Below are positions 12,613-22,049 of a stretch of DNA of 64,000 bases, one piece after another. The stretch comes from Oikopleura dioica (Eukaryota; Animalia; Chordata), in NCBI GenBank assembly GCA_907165135.1, contig OU015570.1, positions 1,628,489-1,692,488 of the forward strand, written 5' to 3'. A model generated the notes under the pieces. The model was given only the letters and a program-made list of their open reading frames with translations, ran no database searches and was not told the DNA's origin. The position numbers were made by a program, and so were the translations under genes. Each line of letters begins with the position of its first letter. Positions within the stretch are counted from its first letter, which is position 1.

Positions 12613-13161
12613 TCATTGTTGTCTTCCTTTAAAATTACTCCGCCAGATTTTCGGACCTTGCTCTTGTAAGGTTAGATAATACAAAAAAGGTCGCGGCGCT
12701 CTAATGTCAATTCCTAGGGAAAAATTTTCGTTTTCTCCGACTGTAGGTGAGTAGTTGCAGTGGCAAAGTTGGACATGAGTGGGGAATAATTTTAGGCAAC
12801 TAGGACAAGATGGTGGATTTCCGGTTAATTTGAGCTTAATTGCATTTGAAGTGTACCCTTTTTTAACTTTCGGCAGGTCACTTTTTAACATGTTGAATGG
12901 GATATCGAAGTTTATGGTCATTGACTTATTGTTAATAAGGTTTACGAAGTTGGGAAGATTAATAAGGTGAGTGTCTGTCCTTATTACTGTTAGCTTGCTC
13001 TTGAATTTTTTCTTATATTCAAGAAGAATTCGGAGGACTTCGGCTATTCCATCCGCAATGGGTGTTAACAGTATAAGAGTTGATCTTCTTTTTTGTTGGT
13101 CTTTTAAGGTGTGAGTTATAAGCCTCACCCAGGCTCCATTGGGGCAGGCGGGCGAATTCAT
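12613..13161 (-). CDS. Hypothetical 182-aa protein with a CPSC..CHC putative zinc-binding motif
   Basis: Intact ATG-initiated ORF, preceded by a pyrimidine tract/TTTCAG acceptor and an 18-nt A-rich leader. Confidence 0.45.
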   Translation of the reverse strand: MNSPACPNGAWVRLITHTLKDQQKRRSTLILLTPIADGIAEVLRILLEYKKKFKSKLTVIRTDTHLINLPNFVNLINNKSMTINFDIPFNMLKSDLPKVKKGYTSNAIKLKLTGNPPSCPSCLKLFPTHVQLCHCNYSPTVGENENFSLGIDIRAPRPFLYYLTLQEQGPKIWRSNFKGRQQ

Positions 13162-13372
13162 TTTATTTGTCGGTTTTAACTGAAATGTGTAAGAGAAAAT
13201 GCAAAAAATAATAATTTTATCTAAAGTTGAATATAATTAAAAATTGCGTGTAAGAAGTAACTGATTGATTTTTCGTGGGGGTTGGAGGAGGTTTTCTTTT
13301 TTAGGAGCCATAAAATGAGTCAATTCTTCCTCTATTTGCCGATGGCTCCTGGCAATAAGTTATTGGCAATAA

Positions 13373-13842
13373 TTACTTATTGCCAATTACAGTAGGAAAA
13401 CTCTCCTCACTAGAAATGCTATCAGCTGATTCTTGCTGCTCTGGTAAGGGTAACGCTGATACTGTTTCTCCTCCTCTTTGTGTTAAATCGAGATAGTTTG
13501 TTCGTACAAAGGGTTGGGGAACTTTAAGGTAGGCTTCAAGAGATGACTTTTTCTTGCGAAACAAGTTAAAGATGGGTTTTGAGGATCTTGAAAATAAAGG
13601 GATTATCGGGGCATACAGTATGCCGCATACTCCTCTGGCCCTTCAAGAGTTGAGAGAATAAGATTATATAGGGCGGTGAAGATTCTTGGGTGATTATTTT
13701 CAATGAGTTTCAATTCCGAAAAGTCGGATTGTGTAAGCAGGTTTTTAGAAATTAAAATACGAAGAAGAAGTTCGCTTTTTTCCAGACTTGAAAGAGCGTG
13801 AAAAAGAAACGAGTTCTTCATAGAAATTGGGTTTTGACTCAT
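13373..13842 (-). CDS. CARD (death-fold)-like small protein; probably 13603-13842 joined to 13373-13564 by a 1-nt indel
   Basis: LLLRILISKNLLTQSDFSELK..ALYNLIL..EGPEEYAAYC matches by eye the CARD pattern LLD.L...gvLt.eeye.i ..LLd.l..kGp.af..F. Confidence 0.45.
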
Positions 13843-14345
13843 AGCACTTCTTCTACAGCCACACTTCGCATTGATTGTTGGTTTGGATTGCGTTGAAAAT
13901 GAGTTGCACTCGGTTGGAAATTTTCTGGCAGTTGATTAGGAAAAATAGGAGGAAGAGGAAAATGGACAAGAGAAACTTTTGATAAGGTCACGAGATAATA
14001 CTGCTAAACAGAGGTTTAATTTTTATTGTCTTTCAAAAGATTGTAGTAGCTAACCCTCGGGTGTGGCGCTCTTCGGGAGCTGACTCTATTTTTATCACTT
14101 CAATTCTGATCAGAGCTCTCTCGGATCAGGACCTCAGTCCAACTAACAACCTGTTGTGGTAACGATTTGCCTTGCAAAAGAATCGGAGAGCAATTATCCG
14201 CGGTTTTTTATAAAAGCGTATATTAGGCTAGTTTTCAAGTTAAAGAGTGAACAGAAAACGAGGCTTGCGCCGGCGAAAGTTATGAACAGCAGGTGCACGA
14301 GGCGAATCTCCAAATAAGGGAATCGGCAGATTCGCGATCACAACA

Positions 14346-14352
14346 TCCCCCC
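14346..14352 (-). promoter_or_regulatory. Polypurine tract of element B (GGGGGGA)
   Basis: Abuts the 3' LTR on the minus strand. Confidence 0.8.
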
Positions 14353-14471
14353 AGATTCGACTGGCGTGAAGGTTGACCGACGCAGAGTCCAAGTTGGTGA
14401 CGAGAGCGGGTTCGTCGACTTGAAGCATCCTCGTTGTCTTTTCTGATCAAATAGTGATAATAAATGATTTG

Positions 14472-17400
14472 TTATGATCTTGCTTGGAAAGGTACAGTCT
14501 TTTTCCGGGCGCGCCGCGGATATCTTTCGGCGAATGATGAGGCCGGTTCAGCGTCGGGTCGTTTCTTAACAACGGGGTTCTCGGGTTGATTTTGGCTGCA
14601 ATAATCCGGGTCCAGGTGCTGTGGACGGTCCTTGTAGAGAATACAGTGATGTCGGTGTACCCAGCTGAGCTTTCCACTAATGTCCAGTCGAACTATAACG
14701 CCATTAGTGTCCACCACTTCAAAGGGACCATTCCAAGCGCCCTTGCTCTCCTTCGTTTCCGCGGACATGGGTCTTTTTAGCAGAACTCTGTCGCCCTTGG
14801 TTATCGTTATTGGTTCAATTATAGATTTTCCCTTTTTTTAGCGACGAGGTCTGCTTCCGATTGAGCTAAATCGACGAGCTTGTGGACGCGGTTTAGGGTC
14901 GCGGCTATTTCAGTGGCGTACGTTTTTGGAGAATCCGCGGATGGGTTTTCGGCCATTTGTATTCCGTCGAACGAAGGTTTTCTTCCGTAGATAATTTCGA
15001 ATGGCGAGACGCGCGTTGCCACATTTTTGCATTTATTCATAGTACTCACCACTGACGGTAGAACTAATTCCCAACACAGATTTCGTTCAAGGGCGATTCC
15101 ATATAACGCATTTTTGAGAACACGGTGCGATCGTTCTAGGCATCCAGTACTTTCCGGGCGATAAGGAACATGTAAATTCTGCTTGACTCCAAGCAAATGA
15201 CAAAGCTCACTCAGCATTTCATTTCGGAAATGTTTACCTTGGTCGCTGCTGATTATCTTCGGGAAATCGTACAATAGAATGTGACGCATAATTTGGCGAG
15301 CAGCGTCACTTGCTCGGCACCTTGCAGTCGGATAAACCGACAAGAAACGACTGTATCCATCCATAATGGTTAATGCGTATGATTTACCGGTTTTCGATCG
15401 CTCGAGTTGTATAAAGTCGACATAAATGATTTCCCATGGTCGCTTGGCACGGTAAAGAGTCTGCATATCTGGTTTACCTTTCTGCATGTCCTGGCCTTTT
15501 CTTTTCAGGCAAATGTCGCAACTTGAGACAAATCCGCGGATATCGTCCAATTGATCGGGCCACCACGACCATGATAGCAATTCCCTTGTTCGATCAACTC
15601 CGGTGTGCGCTTTGTGATGAGCAGCTTTTAAATAGTGAGGAATAAGGCTTTTAGGAAGCACAAGGCACTTCTTTTCCCCCCAGTTGATCGTCAAGGCTTT
15701 ACTCTCCGGATGGATTTCCAATTTCTTCGACCAGCGTTTGTATGATTCTATGCCGTAAAGACTATCTGGGACTTGCCATTTTTCCGCGGGTGTTTTGTTT
15801 TCTACAAAGTTTTTTACTGTACCTATGAGTTTATCTTCTGATTGAGCATTTACAATTATCCGCAGCTCCAGGATAGGTACGTTTGCTCAGAACTCCTGTG
15901 GCAGCTGATTTTAAAGCATAAATTTCCGCGGCGACTTCTTTGTTTTCGAGGAGCATTTTCTGTGGTAAACTTCCTCCCCCGCACCATGACGGGATATAAA
16001 TTATGAGGTCGCTCTCTCCAGCCGGATTGTAGAATTTTCCTGCCAGTTCGTCGCTTGGTTTTCGTTTTTCGCACAAACTTTGTGCCACGGTCGAGACAAT
16101 ATGTCTGCCAGACAATTGTCTTGTCCTTTAATGTACTGAATTGTAAATCGAAACTTACTGAGTCGATCTTGCCATCTTTGGAGCTTGTCGTTTGCCATTA
16201 TTTTCTTGTCCAAGGCGCATAAAGCTTTGTGATCGGTGAGGAAGAATGGCTTTCCCTCCAAATAATATGAAAATTTCTCGATTGTCATCAATAGTGCGAA
16301 AGCTTCTCGTTCCGTCGTTGACCATTTCGATTCTGTTGACGACAGTGTTTTCGAATAAACGGCGATCAGTTTTTGTTTGTTGCCGAATTTCTGCATAATG
16401 GCTCCTCCAATAGCCACTTTGGATGCATCGCAAACAACCACAAATGGTCGAGAAAAATCAGGAGACTAAATACCTTATTACTTGCCAAGATCCTTTTTGC
16501 GTTATCGAAGCTCGCTTGAGCGTCGTCATTCCACTGAAATGGTTTATTTTGCCTGTTCAGCACAGACATTTCTTTGACGATTGAGCTGAATGAGTTGATG
16601 GCCACTCGGTCACCAACGTTGCATGAGATCCAGCTTTTCCACCAACCAAGGGTTCCGAGGACTGACATTAATTCCTTTCTGTTCCGCGGTGGCTGCAATT
16701 CCTTTATTGCTTTCATGTTTTCTTCTGGGATGCTTATCCCTTCCGCGGAAATTTGTCGGCCCATGAATTTTGTTGATCGCCGGCCGAAATTGCACTTTTT
16801 TCCCCCCAGCTTGACGCCGAATTTTTCACAGGCATCCAAAACCTGCTCCAAGACCTGAAGATGCGTTTCTTCGTCACGGCTATGTAGCAATATATCATCC
16901 ACATAGCTTTTGAAGTTGTTTTGTAGCTTTACCGTCCGTAGCATTTTTGCGACACATTTGCAAAATGCGTCACCGCTGTGTCTCATTCCGAACGGCATTC
17001 TGATGTACTGATACAGCTTGTCCTTATAATAAAAATTCGTTTTATGTCGGTCGTCTGGGTGGATTTCCATGTTCCAATATGCCGCGTTTATATCAATGTC
17101 AGAGAAGATGTGGTTTCCAGTCGCAATGTCCGCAAACAAACAATCTATATTTGGCACGTTCCAGATGTCCGTCTCCTCTGTGAGGCACTGGTTAAGCCCG
17201 GACTTGAAATCGGAGCATACTCTTATATCGTCGTCTTTTTTAGGGACAATGACTAGCGGACTGTAAAAACCCTTTCCATCGGGGCACTCCTCGATTATCT
17301 TCCCATTGAGCATCGTTTCCATCTTACCATCTTTTTTCGGTTGCAGATGTTTGGCTATTGGCCGCGGTCGAGCGCTTTTCGTTAATCCAGGGATTGTCGG

Positions 17401-18072
17401 GATCCTCACTTGCTCCGAAAACAGGCCTACTTTATCGTTTGGCCCTTTGAAAACTTTTTGCTTTCGGAAGAGGACATTGATGAATCGTTCAAAATTTTCA
17501 CCTTTGAAAATTGTGTTATCGAGTTTTAGTTCTTTCGTTTTCTCCAGTAGTTCCACCTTTTGCTGCGTCGTTAATTTGCTGGCTTCCATCCTAAACAGCG
17601 CGTTGACTTCTGACCAAGGGAATAGGACCCTTCGGCCAGAGTGAATCATTATTTCCATTCCATAACCGGCGATTTTGAAGTTTCCGTGCTCGCTGCTTGA
17701 GTGTCCTATGATAAAATCTTTGCCGAGGATTGCCGGCAAACCTTCTCTCACGATGTAAAAGCATACACCGCGGAATTTGTAATTTGATTGGTGAGCTTTC
17801 ACTACTGTGGATATCCTACCAATTGATTTTATTCTTCCACATCCGCGGAATTCCATTGAAGTTGGCTCGATAAACTTGTGAAGTGACGATGGAAGGAGAT
17901 GCATTGGCAAAATACATTTGTCAGATCCGCTGTCGACCAATGCAGTGACTTTTAGTGTAAATCCATTCATCATAAGTGTAATTTTTGTGTTGAAGAAAGA
18001 ATAAGTGATATTTGTGCTGCACGATAAGCATGCTGATAATTCGCACTCATTACCAGCATTTATAGAAAAACC
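14472..18072 (-). pseudogene. pol: pol of element B (protease, RT, RNase H, integrase), several frameshifts
   Basis: LVDSGS; RMPFGM..YVDDI; VCDAS..EREA..TDHKAL..LADILSR; HH-CC zinc finger, YVDF..SDQGKHF..GCLER (D,D35E); GPF motif. Confidence 0.93.
18030..18072 (-). promoter_or_regulatory. Putative -1 ribosomal frameshift signal (G_GUU_UUU, 6-nt spacer, 11-bp stem-loop)
   Basis: The -1 frame at 18072-18066 is open and continuous with the protease. ATGCTGGTAAT/ATTATCAGCAT hairpin with an 8-nt loop at 18059-18030. Confidence 0.7.
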
Positions 18073-19094
18073 GACGCTTCATTTTCCTCTGGTAAACGTT
18101 CTTCTTCATTTGCTTGAGCAACGAAAGTGTTAGTCTTCTTACCGCGGTCTTCTTGTCGTTTAGGTTTCTCGTGGCGAAATCTACAGTTTTTGACTCTGCA
18201 GTTCCCAGCGGCAAAATACTTGCATATTGGCATTTTTGACTTTGGTTTCTGGCTCTGGCGTGCGAAAAATACTGATCCGCCCTGATTGGTTGTTTGAGAA
18301 ATCAGGAATTCGACTTTTGTCGCGATTGTTTGAGCATCTGAGATTTGAGCCCATTCATTGGCCATATGTGCGTGCACCGAAGGTTTCGTGACTTTCAATC
18401 GCCCCGCGATAATGCTCGCAGAAACGAATTCGAATATGTCATCCGCGGTTGGAGCATTACTATCGTCGTTTTCTTGTGTGCCCGGGTTCTTTTTCATTTT
18501 GGTTCGGCGGATTTGAGCGCAAATAGCGGCTTTAGCCGGCTCCATACGATCTTCTATGTCCTGCGCGTACTTTTTCCACGGTGAATTTTCGTCGAATTGC
18601 GTTTCCATTACTCTTGTTAAGAGTTGCAGCGCTGATAATCCCGAATCGTATGTTAAATTTTACCACTCGCGCAGCTCAATCCAAGTTTTCGTCGATTTTG
18701 TTGCGTTTTTAAGCCGCGAGTAAATTGAAGGGCTGAAGCGCAGCTTAACCTTTGACGCGAAGATTTCGTGCAATTTTGGGTCATCGGCGATATAAATTTC
18801 GTAAATTTGTGTTACTTTGGAAGTGAACACCGATGTTTCATCGAAATCTCGCCCGCTGTATGTTAATTCGTTCAGGGCGTTTTCCGCGGATTTGATCGCA
18901 CTTGCTTGCTCTCTGGTTAACTCGTTACCTTCCACTTTGATCCCGTCGATTGCGATGTCCAGCTTTGCCTTGAGTTTCTTCTGTAATTCTTTTTTCTCTT
19001 TTGTGGCTGCTGAATTTGGCGAATTGAGCGCCGTTATTTCTTCATCTAGCTCAGCAATCGTTTCTCGGATCCATTTGAGAGTTTCGAGCGACAT
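18060..19094 (-). pseudogene. gag: gag of element B with CCCH zinc finger; one in-frame TAA (18660-18662)
   Basis: ORFs 18660-19094 and 18060-18608 share a frame; CKYFAAGNCRVKNCRFRH at 18171-18224; position between PBS and pol. Confidence 0.85.
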
Positions 19095-19356
19095 GGCGAA
19101 AAGCAGTTAGGTGACTCTTTTGAATGGCGTTACCTTATTGGTGCACTCAGATTTCAATTTCGATAGGTTTCGAAATTGCTGAGTGACCTCCGTGGAGGGT
19201 TTGATTCCCGCTCAGGATTAATCCACGTGATTGGCTGTAACCACAACTTGCGTTTTCCTCTCGGCGAATTGGTCCACCAAGATGATTTTCTTCCCAAATT
19301 AGCTTCTCTAGATGGCTGGCTAGGAATGGGTGTTGTAGGACCGTGGGGTCGATTTT

Positions 19357-19367
19357 TCCTGGTACCA
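19357..19367 (-). promoter_or_regulatory. Primer binding site of element B (TGGTACCAGGA), tRNA-Leu(UAA)-like
   Basis: 3 nt from the 5' LTR; complementary to the ..UCCUGGUACCA 3' end recalled for metazoan tRNA-Leu(UAA). Confidence 0.7.
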
Positions 19368-19669
19368 GTATGTTGTGGTAACGATTTGCCTTGCAAAAGA
19401 ATCGGAGAGCAATTATCCGCGGTTTTTTATAAAAGCGTATATTAGGCTAATTTTCAAGTTAAAGAGTGAACAGAAAACGAGGCTTGCGCCGGCGAAAGTT
19501 ATGAACAGCAGGTGCACGAGGCGAATCTCCAAATAAGGGAATCGGCAGATTCGCGATCACAACAAACCTGTTTCTGAAAACACCATCTAAAAATAAATCA
19601 ACTTTTATAAAACAACTCTAGAGACTCATCATTTAGCAGACACATCTATTCAGCAGGTTACAACACAAA

Positions 19670-19687
19670 TGGTGTCAGAAGTGGGAT
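19670..19687 (+). promoter_or_regulatory. Primer binding site of element A (TGGTGTCAGAAGTGGGAT), tRNA-Leu(CAA)-like
   Basis: 4 nt after the LTR end; complementary to the ..AUCCCACUUCUGACACCA end recalled for tRNA-Leu(CAA). Confidence 0.85.
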
Positions 19688-19728
19688 AAGATATTTTCCC
19701 AGCGCCAAACCTTAGAGAATACCCACAA

Positions 19729-21891
19729 GTGAGTACAGAGATGAGATTTTTCTACTCATTAACAGATTTAGATACAGTCCTAGTCGACGCTCTTGCGATT
19801 CTAGAGAATCTTGCAGAGCTTGACCCAAAGACAAAATATGAATTTTTTAGGAGTAAGTATGAAGATAAAAAAGGACTCACAAAAGTGCCTCTGCGCTTCC
19901 CAACATCCAATTTTCAGTCAATAGTTAATTTTTACTCGTTAGATATTTCTAGACTAGTTGTAGCACCTAAGGATAAAGCACCTAAAGACAGATGCTATTT
20001 ATTTCATTCTCCAAGTACTCTAACTGATGTAACAAAATTGATTGATGACCTTAGTTAATTAGATAAAAAAATACTAGAAGGACTACAAACTCAGAACTTA
20101 GGAGACAAGCTTGTTATCCTTGAGAGGAGTATAGAGGACTTCATTAAGAGAGTAGAGGAAAACATTGATGAACAAAAGCAAAAGTTATTTGTCTCTGGCT
20201 CGGCGATGAAAGTCTAAGATGTCATTAATGAGTTTGAAGAACGTGAGCGTCTGGTTTTCAATGAAGCGTATGAAAAGGCGGCTAAAGAGTTCTCGAAGAA
20301 AACGATCATTATGGAGAAACAAGTAAGAGATCTAAAAGACACCATCGATGAGCAAGAGAATGAAATTGCGGACCTTCGTTATAATGCCGGGCTTAATGAG
20401 CAGAAGATAAGACGTCTTACCAACGAACTTGATGCTTTGAGGCACAAAGCAACGACATTTGAGCGACTTCACAAGGAAAAGTCAAAAAGAAGCCTCTAAC
20501 CCAAGAAGATACTCAACAACATCTTTCCTCGGACAAACCAGGTCGCACCATTAATTCTTGATGAGCCGGTACCACATCAAAAGAAAGATGCTCTCCAGCC
20601 GTCTCCGGCGGTAGTAAACCTTGAAACATCAGGAGATAAAGCTAATAACACGAAGCCACCTGCAGACCGTAAAAATACCAAAGACGATACGGCGGCACCT
20701 GGTCATAAACTTGAGAATGTTGACGGACATAGGGGCAACGGCCAAGCAATGAACTCAGGTCGTAAAGAGACTCGAAAGGAAGAGACAGAAAAACTAGAAG
20801 AAGACAATTCGGTTGCTAAGACCGAGAGAATGAGCCAAGAGCAGATAGAAAGACTGCAGCATCAAGTGGAGCGAATGACGCTTCTCTTTGAACTGCAACA
20901 ACAGCAGCGAGACCAGGAACTGAACAGGGAGCGAAATCGTCCAAATGAACGAGCGCGACTGCGAGCTGAAGAACCTCGATATGAAGTTGGAAGGGATCAA
21001 GGGCTGAAGGCGACCGTCAAGGCGCCAGTTTGGGCTAAGTCTTCTGATGCGAGCCAAAAAGCAAGTCATCTCAATGACTTTATAGATTCGTTGATACTCT
21101 TTCGTGAACTCTCTTTGCTCTCAGACGCGTCACTGATCTACAGTTCGCTCGAAAACTCGGGTCGAATGGACATTTTGCGTGAATTGACAAATGAGCAGAA
21201 ACGAAGTCTCCCGGAATTCATTGATCATTTGCGACGGGCTCATGGAGGATCTTCACTTTCTCATAGAGCAAGTCTTAGCTCTCTAAGACAAGGACCCACT
21301 GAATCACCACTAAGCTTTTTCATGAGAGTGATTCGAGAGTTCTATCTCTCGCGAAAGGTGCTCCCACCATCTCCGTCAGCAATCACTGAGAGAGATAGAC
21401 AAGAGGACATTCTGTACCTCTTTACAAATGGGCTTAAGAATCAAGCGGTGGCACAACATGTCAAACTTCATGAGAAGACAAGACCATTTGCAGATATTGG
21501 AAATCTGGCAAATGAGGCCGAGGAGGCAATGCAACCGTTGAAAACGCAAATGAGTGTTGTGCGAACATCTAACAGAAGATATGACAACAACGACCGACGA
21601 GATGGGAGCCGGAGACAGAGATCGCTGAAAGATATTGAATGCCATCGATGTGGTTTTAAAGGTCACATTGCCCGAATGTGTACGGCAAATCAGAAAACGG
21701 TAGGTCGTCATGAGCGTCGTAAAGAGAGAGGGCGTAAAGGCACACCCTTTCCGAGAGGTAATAAAAGAGGGCGATCTCAATCACGGTCCTCAGACCGCTC
21801 AAGAAGCAGCAGTCACACACGCTCAAGAAGCAGAGATTCCTCAAGGCGAAATTCAAGAGATTCTTCGAGAGGCAGATCAAATTCAAGATAA
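19729..21891 (+). pseudogene. gag: gag of element A (~720 codons): coiled-coil N-terminus, capsid-like core, CCHC knuckle, Arg/Ser-rich tail
   Basis: ORFs 19729, 20311 and 20749 lie in one frame broken only by TAA at 20056, 20215 and 20497; CHRCGFKGHIARMC at 21640-21681. Confidence 0.9.
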
Positions 21892-22049
21892 TCACGTCAC
21901 AGATCAAACCCCAGCTCGAGACAATCTTCTCGAAACTCAAGTAGAGAAGGGAGACGTTATTAACCGTGCTTATTAATAAGATAACAAAAAAACCGCATCC
22001 TTTCCTGTAAATTTTAACAATTAATACAACTAACCAAAACCTTAAAATT

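Larger units (their letters stand above)
14152..19564 (-). mobile_element. LTR retrotransposon B (Ty3/gypsy, no env) nested in the LTR of A
   Basis: 194-bp LTRs TGTTGTG..CACAACA at 14152-14345 and 19371-19564 (1 mismatch); TSD AACC (14148-14151 and 19565-19568); the empty site is visible in A's 3' LTR. Confidence 0.95.
14042..19665 (+). repeat. 5' LTR of element A, split into 14042-14151 and 19569-19665 by element B
   Basis: The joined halves total 207 bp and match 31093-31299 with 6 substitutions counted by eye. Confidence 0.95.

Noticed and set aside
13362-13387. Circovirus/geminivirus origin stem-loop
   Set aside because: The loop lacks the NANTATTAC nonamer and no Rep ORF is present.
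19729-20499. Alternative genetic code (TAA = Gln) suggested by repeated in-frame TAA
   Set aside because: TAA also ends genuine ORFs (pol A, gag B), and the DIRS TAA aligns with Y/W rather than Q; point mutation is sufficient.
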